64,000 bases of DNA from Bacteroidetes bacterium ADurb.Bin145 (GTDB lineage: Bacteria > Bacteroidota > Bacteroidia > Bacteroidales > VadinHA17): contig MWDJ01000014.1 in assembly GCA_002070505.1 (NCBI GenBank), positions 4,371-68,370 on the forward strand. The letters are read 5' to 3'. The position numbers and the translations under genes are program-made. The notes under the pieces were generated by a model that saw only the letters and a list, made by a program, of their open reading frames with translations, had not been told where the DNA came from and made no database searches. How positions within the stretch are numbered: position 1 is the first letter of the stretch; every line of letters starts with the position of its first letter. This document shows, in pieces, positions 1-10,489 of this stretch.

Positions 1-2
1 AG

Positions 3-1145
3 ACATCCAAAGCTGATGTTATAACGGGTGCATTTATGTTCCTGCGACGGGAGGCAGTGCTCAAAACCGGCCTGCTGGATGAGGACTTCTTCATGTACGG
101 TGAAGATATTGATTACAGCTACAGGCTTATTAAGTCCGGTTACACAAATTACTATTATCCTGAAACAAAGATTATCCACTATAAAGGTGAAAGCACAAAA
201 AAAGGTGACCTGAATGCCTTTGTACATTTTTATAAGGCAATGACAATTTTCGTGAAGAAGCATTTAAACAACGGAAATTCTAAAGCCTTCTTTTCAGCCG
301 TCAGGTTGGCTGTTTTCTTCAGAGCAGCGCTTTCTCTGCTTAAAAGGACTATCAGAAGACTATTCCTGCCTTTGACTGATGCTGCCATCATCTATCTACT
401 ATATTTCGCAATCAGTTCTTTCTGGCAGGCATACAAATTCGGACAGGGTTATACATATCCCGGAACATTGAAGGCAATCATTCTTCCGGTCTGCACGATG
501 ATAATGCTGACCTCTGTAACTTTTACCGGTGGTTATAAGATACCTTCAAAAATCCCCGATGTACTAAAAGGCCTGATAGCAGGAATTGTCGTCATACTTA
601 TAACTTATGCGCTGCTTCCGGCAGGACTAAGATTCTCAAGAGTTGTTGTTTTAACAGGAGGACTCCTCTCCCTGCCTGCCGTTGTACTATGGAGATTACT
701 GACTTCACTGACAGGAACCGGAATATCCGATAATCCCTTTGCCCGTTCAAAAAGAACGATAATAATTGCTGATAAGGAGGTCTATGTAGATATTAAAGGT
801 CTTATGGAGCGCTCCGGAATAAGCAACAGGATAGCCGGCAGAGTAAGCCTGAACACTTCTGACATGAGCAGTGAGGTTCTGGGAAGTATCGGACAACTTC
901 GCGAAGTGATAAGGGTGAACAGGATAAAAGAGGTTATCTTTTCCACAAGAGGCATGAGCGCTTCTCAGATAATCGATCTTATGAACCTTATCTCCGACCT
1001 CAACATAACGGCAAAAATCGCATCTGCCTGCGGTGAGTATATAATTGGCAGCAGATATATAAGCACACTGGAAGATAAGATACCGGTAAAAAAAGAACTA
1101 ATCAGGAAAAGATTTGCTAAAAGATTTCAGAAACTCTCTGAGTGA
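3..1145 (+). CDS. Glycosyltransferase family 2 protein, 5'-truncated by the window edge. The C-terminal part has several membrane helices and a cytoplasmic tail.
   Basis: The frame is open from nt 3, with no stop before the first Met at 36. It reads ...ITGAFMFLRREA..DEDFFMYGEDIDYSYR, typical of the end of a GT2 catalytic core, followed by hydrophobic helices. Confidence 0.7.
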   Translation, partial: TSKADVITGAFMFLRREAVLKTGLLDEDFFMYGEDIDYSYRLIKSGYTNYYYPETKIIHYKGESTKKGDLNAFVHFYKAMTIFVKKHLNNGNSKAFFSAVRLAVFFRAALSLLKRTIRRLFLPLTDAAIIYLLYFAISSFWQAYKFGQGYTYPGTLKAIILPVCTMIMLTSVTFTGGYKIPSKIPDVLKGLIAGIVVILITYALLPAGLRFSRVVVLTGGLLSLPAVVLWRLLTSLTGTGISDNPFARSKRTIIIADKEVYVDIKGLMERSGISNRIAGRVSLNTSDMSSEVLGSIGQLREVIRVNRIKEVIFSTRGMSASQIIDLMNLISDLNITAKIASACGEYIIGSRYISTLEDKIPVKKELIRKRFAKRFQKLSE

Positions 1146-1205
1146 TTCATTAAACTTTTTTAAAGATTCAATGTTATGAGATTATAAGTCAAAAATATCA
1201 GACTG

Positions 1206-2504
1206 ATGGCAAAGATGAACCTTATACTACCTGCAATGGGAGAAGGAGTAATAGAGGCGACTATCAATAAATGGCTGGTTGCCGAAGGAGCTGTCCTTAA
1301 GGAAGACCAGCCGCTTGTTGAGATTGCCACCGACAAGGTCGACACGGAGATCCCTTCACCGGCCGCGGGAAAGCTTGTTTCAATCCTTGCCCCGGAGGGA
1401 AGCGTAGCAAAAGTAGGTGATACAATTGCAGTAATTGAAATATCAGATTCACGGCAGGCTGGTGAAGAAGAAAAAATTGAAAAAGAGGTAGCAAGGATAC
1501 GCGAAACTATAGAAGAAACAAAAAAAGAAGAAAAAGAAGTTCAGGATATATCTGTAACCCTTAAGAGCAGAACACCTTCAGGTAAGTTCATCTCTCCGCT
1601 TGTAAAGAGCATAGTGGCCCGCGAAAACATAAGTTACGCAGAACTTGATTCGCTGACAGGGACCGGGATGGACGGCAGGATAACGAAAGATGATATACTG
1701 AAATTAATAGAGAAAAAGAAAAAAGACCAGGGATCTGCAGACTCTCTGAAAAAACAAAAGGCTGTTGAAGCGGTAAAGAAACCTGATGTTGCTACAACCG
1801 GTGATGAAATTGTGGAGATGGACCGGGTTCGCAAGCTAATTGCCGAGAATATGGTACTTTCAAAGAAAGTATCGGCTCATGTAACTTCTTTCATCGATGC
1901 CGATGTCACTAAACTTGTAAACTGGAGGAACTCGGTGAAGGACAAATTCCTGGCAACTGAGGGACAGAAGCTTACTCTTACCCCGCTCTTCATCAATGCA
2001 ACAGCAAAGGCATTGTACGATTTCCCGATGCTCAATATTTCAGTAGATGGAACAAAGATCATAAAGAAAAAGAACATAAATATAGGAATGGCTACTGCTC
2101 TTCCTGATGGAAATCTAATAGTTCCTGTTATTAAAAATGCTGATGAGAAAAGTCTTACGGGAATTGCAAGAAGCGTGAATGATCTTGCGGAAAGGGCCAG
2201 GAGCGGAAAGCTTAAACCCGATGAGATAACAGGCGGTACTTTTACCGTCACTAATTTCGGCAGCTATAATAACCTGTCAGGGACACCTATAATCAACCAG
2301 CCACAGGTAGCAATACTGGGCACAGGTGCTGTGAGAAAAGTCCCGGCAGTAATTGAAACCCCTGATGGGGATGTGATAGCAATAAGACAGGTAATGATAC
2401 TGTCGTTAAGCTATGACCATCGTGTAATTGACGGCGCTCTTGCGGGGAAATTCCTGAACAGGCTTAAGAAGATCCTGGAGAACTATTCGCCTGAGGAGCT
2501 CTGA
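1206..2504 (+). CDS. 2-oxoacid dehydrogenase E2 component (dihydrolipoamide acyltransferase)
   Basis: Lipoyl domain with the EIATDKVDTEIPSP lipoyl-lysine motif, a Glu/Lys-rich linker, a subunit-binding segment, and a catalytic domain with DHRVIDGA. Confidence 0.9.
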   Translation: MAKMNLILPAMGEGVIEATINKWLVAEGAVLKEDQPLVEIATDKVDTEIPSPAAGKLVSILAPEGSVAKVGDTIAVIEISDSRQAGEEEKIEKEVARIRETIEETKKEEKEVQDISVTLKSRTPSGKFISPLVKSIVARENISYAELDSLTGTGMDGRITKDDILKLIEKKKKDQGSADSLKKQKAVEAVKKPDVATTGDEIVEMDRVRKLIAENMVLSKKVSAHVTSFIDADVTKLVNWRNSVKDKFLATEGQKLTLTPLFINATAKALYDFPMLNISVDGTKIIKKKNINIGMATALPDGNLIVPVIKNADEKSLTGIARSVNDLAERARSGKLKPDEITGGTFTVTNFGSYNNLSGTPIINQPQVAILGTGAVRKVPAVIETPDGDVIAIRQVMILSLSYDHRVIDGALAGKFLNRLKKILENYSPEEL

Positions 2505-2732
2505 TCATAAGAACTGATGATTAAACAGTTAGCTCCTACCCGGGCAATGGTTTGAAATAATTAACATCCGGTTAATAAAAAGGGAAAAGTGCTCTTGCCC
2601 TTATCTTGTTATTTCTGTTATATTAGTAACTTTAACAGATGGATTATTAACTATAACCTTCCTGCCTGTGTTATATCATAAGGCTGATAGTATTTTTATT
2701 ATAGGGGTTTCTTACTATTTATCTTTAGTAAT

Positions 2733-4850
2733 ATGATAAAGAGATTTTTTATTCCTGCATTCCTTTTAGTTGTGCTGTCCGGTGCAGATCTTTCATCACA
2801 GAGCAGGGCCCAGAACAAGATGATCTTTTACGATGCGGAAAGCTGGGTTTTATTTGAAGATTACAAAGAGGCACTTCCTGAATATCTTCAGCTTCTTGAA
2901 TACTATCCTTCGAATGCCAATATCAAATACAGGATCGGACAGTGTTATATTAACATACCCGGTGAAAAGGAAAAAGCGATCAGCTATCTCGAAGATGCGG
3001 TTAAGAATATAAACCCTGCCTATAAGGAAGGACGGTTCAGAGAAACCGGGGCTCCATGGGATGCTTATTACCAGCTTGCTGATGCTTACAGGATAACGGG
3101 CCGGATCGACAAAGCACTGGAAACTTACAGACTTTTCAAGAAAAACCTCGATCCTGAAGTATATGACTCGGTCATTGTAAACCGACAGATAGAATCGTGC
3201 CTCAATGCAAAGGAACTGATGAATAAGCCATTATTTATAAAAGAAAGCAACCTTGGAAAAACTATAAACGGTAACAACTCGGAATATAATCCGGTTGTCT
3301 CAGATGATGAAAATATGCTGATTTTTTCTCAAAGTGAACCTTTCTATGAAGCATTGCTTTATTCCGTTAAAGCAAACGGCAACTGGCGCGAACCTGTCAA
3401 TATGAACGAGATCCTGAAAGTCGACAGGGATATCTATCCCTCAAGCCTCTCAAAAGACGGGAAGACACTGTTCCTTTATAACTCACAGGGTTATGACGGC
3501 AACATCTTCTCGACAGTCTTTTTAAACGGCAACTGGAACCCCATCGAAAAACTGAATGATAATATCAATACCAAATACTGGGAATCGCATGCTGTCATTT
3601 CTCACGATAACAGGAAACTCTATTTTACAAGCAACCGGAAGGGCAGTATAGGCGGCCTGGATATTTATGTTTCCACGCGCGATAATAACGGAGACTGGGG
3701 TCCGGCAGAGAACCTGGGACCTGTGATCAATACACCGTATAACGAAGATACCCCATTTTTGAGTGAAGATGATAAAACTCTCTACTTCAGCTCAAGAGGC
3801 CATTTCAACATAGGAGGATACGATATCTTTCGATCAACCCTTCTCGACAACGGCCAGTGGTCAGAGCCAGTGAATATCGGTTATCCGCTGAATACAACAG
3901 ACGACGATCATTTTTTCCAGCCGGTAAAGAACGGGTATGAAGGGTATTTTTCAAAATATAGTCCGACCGGTTTCGGAGGAGAGGACATTTACCGTATTGA
4001 AGTTTTTTCCGACGACCACCCGAGGAATTTATTTGTTATGGGACTGGCAAAAGGAGCAAACACCAACAATTCGGTTAAAGTGAGCGCCACCGACAGCAAG
4101 AGTCCTGATAAATCGCTTGTTGTTTTTACAAATCCAAAGACCGGGCAGTTCGAATTTAAGACGAGCCATGGAAATTATGACATTACATATGAATCTGCAG
4201 GTAGTGAAAAACTCAGGACAAATGTAACTCTGCCTTTGCTTAATCCTTCAGATACCTTCAGACTTCCTGACACATTCCTTGCAAAAAGTGACTTTACTGC
4301 AGATCTTGAAGTGAATTCAGAAAGTGAGATTAAGGCAGATAAGGATGAACAGTTAACTTTCCCGCTAAGAGTTGAACCAAATTCAATACTTGTGATTGAA
4401 CACAGGGTTGCTGACACCCTGGTTTCAACTGAGACCTATTCAGTGACCGATTCGACTTTTGCATATATCATGACCCCTCTTGAAGGAGTTAACAGGATAA
4501 CATTCAGGCTGACAGACCCTTATGGAAATCCAGCTGAATCGGAAGTTACCGTTACCAGGGAAAAACCCAGACTGAGAAGGACCCCTGATGAAGGATACAG
4601 AAAGCTCGTCGCAGAGAAAAAACAGGACGACGCAATTGCTGAAATGAAGAAAAGAAAAACCGATACAGCTGTTTCAAAACCTGAGACTGTTATAACTCCT
4701 GTAAAAGAAACGGATCAGACGCCTCCTGCACCGGCTGCCGGGAATAAGAGCAGAGATACCGGATTCCTTTGGTGGATTTTATTTGCTGCCGGCTTTATAC
4801 TGTTGATCATAATAATTCTAAGGAGGAGAAAAGATAAGGGGAAAAAATAA
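2733..4850 (+). CDS. TPR + PD40 (TolB-like beta-propeller) repeat envelope protein, paralogue 1, with a C-terminal TM anchor
   Basis: Signal peptide and a TPR-like N-terminus (YRIGQCYINIPGEKEKAISYLEDA). PD40-type repeats (LYFTSNRKGSIGGLDIYVS, NTPYNEDTPF, LYFSSRGH..GGYDIF). A Pro/Lys-rich linker, then FLWWILFAAGFILLIIIILRRRK. Confidence 0.8.
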   Translation: MIKRFFIPAFLLVVLSGADLSSQSRAQNKMIFYDAESWVLFEDYKEALPEYLQLLEYYPSNANIKYRIGQCYINIPGEKEKAISYLEDAVKNINPAYKEGRFRETGAPWDAYYQLADAYRITGRIDKALETYRLFKKNLDPEVYDSVIVNRQIESCLNAKELMNKPLFIKESNLGKTINGNNSEYNPVVSDDENMLIFSQSEPFYEALLYSVKANGNWREPVNMNEILKVDRDIYPSSLSKDGKTLFLYNSQGYDGNIFSTVFLNGNWNPIEKLNDNINTKYWESHAVISHDNRKLYFTSNRKGSIGGLDIYVSTRDNNGDWGPAENLGPVINTPYNEDTPFLSEDDKTLYFSSRGHFNIGGYDIFRSTLLDNGQWSEPVNIGYPLNTTDDDHFFQPVKNGYEGYFSKYSPTGFGGEDIYRIEVFSDDHPRNLFVMGLAKGANTNNSVKVSATDSKSPDKSLVVFTNPKTGQFEFKTSHGNYDITYESAGSEKLRTNVTLPLLNPSDTFRLPDTFLAKSDFTADLEVNSESEIKADKDEQLTFPLRVEPNSILVIEHRVADTLVSTETYSVTDSTFAYIMTPLEGVNRITFRLTDPYGNPAESEVTVTREKPRLRRTPDEGYRKLVAEKKQDDAIAEMKKRKTDTAVSKPETVITPVKETDQTPPAPAAGNKSRDTGFLWWILFAAGFILLIIIILRRRKDKGKK

Positions 4851-4941
4851 TAATCACCGCGCCAGCCGCATAAACTTATAATAAGTAATGAAATGGCATT
4901 TTAAGTTATTTTTCCTAAATTTGTTACAAAACGTGTAAGTC

Positions 4942-6222
4942 ATGCGTAAGCGGATTTTTGCCATTATTATAAGTTCAGCCATTCTGCTCTGCCCCCTGGC
5001 AGGCCAGGATATAATTAAGCTGCAGGAGGATTTTATCGAAGCTGAATATTTTTTCTTTAATGAGGATTACCAGGATGCCCTTCCCTACTACCTCCAATTG
5101 TATGAAAAGGTCCCGGACAATGCAAATATTGCCTACCGGATAGGCGCCTGCTATCTTAATATAACAGGCCAGAAGAATCTTTCAATCGATTACCTGGAAA
5201 CTGCGTCTAAAAATCTGTCCGCTAAACACAAAGAGGGAACAATAACCCAGTCATCTGCTCCTTATGATGCCCTGTACGATCTCGGCAAAGCTTATCTTAT
5301 TAATTACCAGTTCGATAAAGCAAAAGATGCGTTTACAAGATACTCCAAAACGCTTCTGCCAGATGACAGGGAGAATATTGATTTTATTAACCAGCAGATT
5401 AAATCATGCGACATCGCAAAGGATTATATAGCAAAACCTGTCTCATATACCGAGGAAAATATGGGTCCTCTCTTCAATGATGATAAATCAAACTTCAATC
5501 CTGTTATATCAGCTGACGGCAAATCATTCGCCTTCATGGTCTCATTGAAATTCTATGATGCCATAATGCTTTCAAAACTGAGCGGAGGAAAATGGAGCCC
5601 TCCTGTCAATATTACTCCTGAACTGCAGTCCGACGGCGATATGTATATCTCATGCCTTTCCGCCGACGGGAAAGTACTGTATCTGTCGAAGGATGATGAT
5701 TACAACAGTGATATTTTTACAAGTACATTCGACGGGATGACATGGAGGCAGACAGTAAAACTCAACAAGAACATAAATACAAGATACTGGGAATCGCATG
5801 GATTTGTAACCGAGAATGGTGAACAGCTTATTTTTGCTTCAGACAGACCGGGTGGATTCGGAGGACTGGATCTGTATATTTCAAAGAAAGTGAACGGTGA
5901 CTGGGGACCTCCAGTAAATCTTGGCCCGGAAATAAACACCCCATTTAATGAAGACAGGCCTTTTCTTATTAATAACGGGAAAATCCTTTTTTTCAGTTCA
6001 CAGGGTCACACTACAATGGGAGGCTATGATCTTTTCCGGTCAGAACTTCAGTCTAACAGTCTGTGGAGCAATCCTGTTAATCTGGGTTATCCGATTAATA
6101 CCCCGGACGATAACATATTTTTCATGCCGATAGATAATGGGAATGCCGGTTACTATTCAATAAGTAAAGATCAGGCCGGGGAAGGGAAAGAGGATATCTT
6201 CAGAATAACTTTTAAACATTAA
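4942..6222 (+). CDS. TPR + PD40 repeat envelope protein, paralogue 2 (short form, no C-terminal module)
   Basis: Same N-terminal architecture as 2733..4850 (YRIGACYLNITGQKNLSIDYLETA; INTRYWESHG; FASDRPGGFGGLDLYIS; NTPFNEDRPF). Confidence 0.8.
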   Translation: MRKRIFAIIISSAILLCPLAGQDIIKLQEDFIEAEYFFFNEDYQDALPYYLQLYEKVPDNANIAYRIGACYLNITGQKNLSIDYLETASKNLSAKHKEGTITQSSAPYDALYDLGKAYLINYQFDKAKDAFTRYSKTLLPDDRENIDFINQQIKSCDIAKDYIAKPVSYTEENMGPLFNDDKSNFNPVISADGKSFAFMVSLKFYDAIMLSKLSGGKWSPPVNITPELQSDGDMYISCLSADGKVLYLSKDDDYNSDIFTSTFDGMTWRQTVKLNKNINTRYWESHGFVTENGEQLIFASDRPGGFGGLDLYISKKVNGDWGPPVNLGPEINTPFNEDRPFLINNGKILFFSSQGHTTMGGYDLFRSELQSNSLWSNPVNLGYPINTPDDNIFFMPIDNGNAGYYSISKDQAGEGKEDIFRITFKH

Positions 6223-6265
6223 CGCACCGGAAAATGGGTAGTTCGTCATTTACAATACATATAAT

Positions 6266-8206
6266 ATGAAGAATCTCGGATTAAGAATGCCGCATCTCCT
6301 TTTATTGTTAATCCCTCTGATCATATTTTCAGCTGCATCATCCGCCCAGTCTCAGAAAGAGATGAAAGCTATATTTAAAGAAGCTGAATCACATTATGTC
6401 TATGAGGAATACGAACTGGCAAACCCGCTCTACCTTCTTCTTGAAGATGCCAGGAACATGAATATCTCCTACAAGATTGGAACCTGCTATCTTGGCATCC
6501 CCGACGAAAAAGAGAAAGCAATTCCTTATCTTGAAGCAGCAGTAAAAGATGCAAGCTATGATGCGAAAACAGGAACATTAAAGGAGAAACGCGCTCCCCT
6601 TGATGCCTGGTTTTTCCTTGCAAAAGCTTATATGATAAATAACGAACTCGAAAAAGCATTAAGCACTTTTCAGACATTCAAAAGACTCTCGGCAGATTAT
6701 GAAAGTGAAGGCGGGATGCAGAATATAGAGTTTGCAGATCAGCAGATAGAAGCCTGCAGGAACGCAATCGAATTCAAGAATAACCCAACCCTCATAACAA
6801 AAAAGATCCTTGCAAAAGAGTTTACTGACGGAGCAATAAATGAAAATCCTGCTGTGAGCTACGACGGGAATACACTCGTATACACCGAACGAAGGGGCCT
6901 TATAAACATCATCCTTTTCTCAAAAAAAATAAGAGGCAAATGGCAGCCTCCGGTAGACATTACCGGTCAGCTGAATGCGGGAGAAGACTGCTCTTCGTGT
7001 TCACTTAACAGTGATGGTACAAAATTGTTCCTGTACAAGACTGATAACTTCGACGGGAATATATATTCGTCTGATTACGTCAATGGCGCCTGGACCCCAA
7101 TAGTTAAACTCAACAAGAACATAAACACCAAGTACTATGAATCCCATGCTGCGATATCTGCAGATGGCAAGAAACTCTACTTTACCAGCAACCGGGAAGG
7201 CGGCATCGGCGGCCTGGATATATTCGTTTCAGAACTAAATGCATCCGGTGATTGGGGCATCCCGGTAAATCTCGGGACTAAGATCAATACTCCCTATAAC
7301 GAAGATAATCCGTTTATAACTGCTGATGAATCGCTGCTGTTTTTCTCTTCCGAAGGCCATAATTCAATGGGTGGATATGATATCTACAAAAGCAGTAAAA
7401 TCATATCAGGCTGGGATACGCCAAAAAACCTGGGCTTCCCGGTAAACACAACCGACGACAACAAGTTCCTTCAGCCGTATAATGACGGGATGAATGCGTT
7501 CTATTCGATGAAGACAGATTATAAGAAGAGGGATATATTCTATATAGGTCTCGAAGGTCCGGATGTTAACCAGATACACGAAATTGCGGGACAGTTCATG
7601 CTTAATGATACAGCTCTGTCGGTAAAAAAGATGTACCGGATAGAAGTAATGGATAAAAATTCAGGGGACACAGTATATAAAAGCGCTCCCGATACAAAAA
7701 CAGGCTTGTATAATGTTTCTGTGGCTCCGGGAAAATATAAACTTGTGTATTCAGGTGAAGGATATTTCCCGAAATCTGTCGATACAACAATTGTGTCTGA
7801 TGATCAGGAACTTATTGTAAATATCGACATCACCCTGGAAAGGGACTCTTCTCTAATCCCTATAAGATATGAAAAGATAAATCTGGATGAAATCCCGGTC
7901 GTTGCTGCAATTGATTCAAGCATCCTCATCAGGAATATGAAAGTTGATGATGTTACAGACCAGGATGAAACTGACTCAGGCATACTCTATTATACCGTTC
8001 AGGTAATGGCTCTATACAATCCTGTCGATGTAAGTTATTTCAAATACATCTCCGATATTAAAGTAATGTATAATGAGATAGACAAATTCTACAGGTATAC
8101 GACCGGCCGTTTTGCTACCAGGGCAGAAGCAACGGTCTGGAGACAGAATTTAATAAAAAGAGGATATCCAGATGATATCTTCATTAAAAAAGTATCTAAG
8201 CAATGA
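6266..8206 (+). CDS. TPR + PD40 repeat envelope protein, paralogue 3, with a C-terminal SPOR-like domain
   Basis: Conserved TPR/PD40 core. The C-terminus YYTVQVMALYNP...YRYTTGRFATRAEATVWRQNLIKRGYPDDIFI looks like a SPOR peptidoglycan-binding fold. Confidence 0.8.
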   Translation: MKNLGLRMPHLLLLLIPLIIFSAASSAQSQKEMKAIFKEAESHYVYEEYELANPLYLLLEDARNMNISYKIGTCYLGIPDEKEKAIPYLEAAVKDASYDAKTGTLKEKRAPLDAWFFLAKAYMINNELEKALSTFQTFKRLSADYESEGGMQNIEFADQQIEACRNAIEFKNNPTLITKKILAKEFTDGAINENPAVSYDGNTLVYTERRGLINIILFSKKIRGKWQPPVDITGQLNAGEDCSSCSLNSDGTKLFLYKTDNFDGNIYSSDYVNGAWTPIVKLNKNINTKYYESHAAISADGKKLYFTSNREGGIGGLDIFVSELNASGDWGIPVNLGTKINTPYNEDNPFITADESLLFFSSEGHNSMGGYDIYKSSKIISGWDTPKNLGFPVNTTDDNKFLQPYNDGMNAFYSMKTDYKKRDIFYIGLEGPDVNQIHEIAGQFMLNDTALSVKKMYRIEVMDKNSGDTVYKSAPDTKTGLYNVSVAPGKYKLVYSGEGYFPKSVDTTIVSDDQELIVNIDITLERDSSLIPIRYEKINLDEIPVVAAIDSSILIRNMKVDDVTDQDETDSGILYYTVQVMALYNPVDVSYFKYISDIKVMYNEIDKFYRYTTGRFATRAEATVWRQNLIKRGYPDDIFIKKVSKQ

Positions 8207-10473
8207 ATACACTGCTAAAAAGTATCCTGATCGTTTTCCTGATAATTAACAGTCTTGATCCCCTTCTTTCTCAGGAAACTGATAAGAAAGCGCTGAACAA
8301 GCAGATCCAGCAGGCAGATATATCCTTCTATTATGATAAGGATTATTTCAAAGCTGCCAGCCTTTATGAACCTCTTTACAATGCCTATCCCGAAAACAGT
8401 AATCTCGCTGCCAAACTCGGTATCTGTTATCTTAACATTGAAGGCAAAAAGAAGGATGCTCTTCTGCTTCTGGAGAAGGCATCGAAGAACATTGTCAGTG
8501 AGAGAAAAGAATATTCGGAATATGGCGAAAAAGCTTCGCTTGATACATACATGTACCTTGCTCTTGCCTATCATGCCAACGACAGTCTTGAAAAGGCAGT
8601 TTCACAGTACAACCTCGTTAAGAAAAGACTTACCGACAGTGAAGTTTTCACTGAAGAATATATCGATAACCAGATAAGGGATTGCAGATATGCGATGGAA
8701 ATGAAAAAGAAACCAGTCAGGGTCCTTTCTGATCTCTTCGCACCCTGGTTGAGCGAATACCCCGGAGCCTGCAACCCGGTCCTTGCAAAGAATGATTCTG
8801 TTTTTATTTTCACTCAGAAAACAGAAGGCAAAACAAGGATACTCTGTTCCTATAAAGGTAAAGAATGGGAAAAACCAAGGGATATAACACGGCAGCTCGG
8901 AGGATATGACAGGTTCTATTCGAACTCAATAACGGGTGACGGCAAAACTCTTGTTTTGTTTATGGATGACGGTGATGACGGAAACCTTTATTTCAGCCAG
9001 AGAAAGGATACTGTATGGTCAAGGATCAGAAGCGCTGGGCGGCCGATAAATACAATTTACTGGGAGTCTCATGGATTCATCACTCCTGACGGTAATTCAA
9101 TGTATATAGCCAGTAACAGGCCGGGAGGATATGGAGAACTTGACCTCTGGGTCTCTGAAAGAAAGGCAGACGGTTCATGGGGAGATCCGGTAAACCTCGG
9201 GGAAAGGATCAACACTCCATATAACGAAGATACTCCTTTCTTCGATCCTGCCAATGAAGCCCTTGTCTTCAGCTCCGACGGTCATATAAGCATGGGCAAT
9301 TACGATGTGTTCAGATCAGTTATAAGGGCTGGTAACTGGACAAACCCCGTGGGGATGCCTTACGCCTTCAATACTACTGACGCAAATATATCATTTATAC
9401 TAAATAATAATGCCCCGGGATTTGTGGCAAGTATTTATAATGCTAAAACCGGAGCCAGAAACATCTATGCAATTGTTGGTGTTGATCCGGCTGACGAGTT
9501 AACGACAGCTGAGGGATCGGTAACCCTTTCTGACGGTATGCAGGTTGATCCCTCAAAGGCTCAGATCAGGCTCACTGAAGCTGCTAAGGGAACCCTCATA
9601 AAGACAGTTCCTCTGAATAACGACGGGACATTTAAATTCGATTTTAAACCTGGTGAGTACATCCTTCACATTAGTCATGAAGGTTATGAAAGCGACACTA
9701 TCCATCTGAGCCTGCCGCTTTATTTCCTGAGCCAGTATATGGCTGTAAATTCAAATCTTGTACCTCTTAAGGTTGCCGGAGGAAGCTTCCTGTCGATCAC
9801 AAATATACTTTTCGAATTCGATAAATATGACCTTGACAGCGATGCACGGTCAGCTCTTGAAGCTGTAAAATCAATCCTTGTAAATTATCCGGATCTTAAA
9901 ATAGAGGTAGCAGGTTATACAGATGCAAAAGGATCAACTTCATACAACCTGAAGTTAGCTGATAAGAGAGCTCAGGCAGTTATCGACTATCTTACATCTG
10001 CTGCAATACCCGCTTCAAGATTTACTAAGAAGTCATTTGGAGAATCAAATTTTGCCGCTATAAATACGAACAGTGACGGATCTGATAATCCTGAAGGAAG
10101 GAAGTACAACCGCCGTGTGACATTTGGCATAATAGATCCTAAGACCGGGATAGTTCTGAGGCAGGATACCTATACGCCTGAGCATCTGAGAATGGCTTCA
10201 ACAACCCGCTACAGCGTCGTCCTTTCACAGAATACCCAAAGATTCAGTCCCGGATATTTTTCAAAACTGGACCTTGGCGGAGCGCTGTTCTTAAGAACCA
10301 TTGAAGATAAATCCCTATACGTTTACGCTGTCGGAGTCTTCTATAATAAAGCCGATGCAACACAGTTCCTGTCATATGCAAAGGATAAAGGATTTACAGA
10401 TGCCTATGTGATCAATCAGTCCGATCTTAATAATATCACTAAGTCTAAGAGAACTGAACCTGCTTTAAAATGA
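8203..10473 (+). CDS. TPR + PD40 repeat protein, paralogue 4, with OmpA-like and SPOR-like C-terminal domains
   Basis: Start overlaps the previous stop (ATGA). OmpA_C motif NILFEFDKYDL...IEVAGYTDAKGSTSYNLKLADKRAQAV...NRRVTF. Terminal YSVVLSQ...YAVGVFYNKADATQFLSYAKDKGFTDAYVI looks SPOR-like. Confidence 0.85.
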   Translation: MNTLLKSILIVFLIINSLDPLLSQETDKKALNKQIQQADISFYYDKDYFKAASLYEPLYNAYPENSNLAAKLGICYLNIEGKKKDALLLLEKASKNIVSERKEYSEYGEKASLDTYMYLALAYHANDSLEKAVSQYNLVKKRLTDSEVFTEEYIDNQIRDCRYAMEMKKKPVRVLSDLFAPWLSEYPGACNPVLAKNDSVFIFTQKTEGKTRILCSYKGKEWEKPRDITRQLGGYDRFYSNSITGDGKTLVLFMDDGDDGNLYFSQRKDTVWSRIRSAGRPINTIYWESHGFITPDGNSMYIASNRPGGYGELDLWVSERKADGSWGDPVNLGERINTPYNEDTPFFDPANEALVFSSDGHISMGNYDVFRSVIRAGNWTNPVGMPYAFNTTDANISFILNNNAPGFVASIYNAKTGARNIYAIVGVDPADELTTAEGSVTLSDGMQVDPSKAQIRLTEAAKGTLIKTVPLNNDGTFKFDFKPGEYILHISHEGYESDTIHLSLPLYFLSQYMAVNSNLVPLKVAGGSFLSITNILFEFDKYDLDSDARSALEAVKSILVNYPDLKIEVAGYTDAKGSTSYNLKLADKRAQAVIDYLTSAAIPASRFTKKSFGESNFAAINTNSDGSDNPEGRKYNRRVTFGIIDPKTGIVLRQDTYTPEHLRMASTTRYSVVLSQNTQRFSPGYFSKLDLGGALFLRTIEDKSLYVYAVGVFYNKADATQFLSYAKDKGFTDAYVINQSDLNNITKSKRTEPALK

Positions 10474-10489
10474 AAGGAGAATACGACTA

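Noticed and set aside
1206-2504. An 'orphan' E2 acyltransferase with no adjacent E1, and E3 located 57 kb away.
   Set aside because: Scattered 2-oxoacid dehydrogenase components are common in Bacteroidota, and the E1 genes may simply lie outside the window. This is not anomalous on the evidence available.
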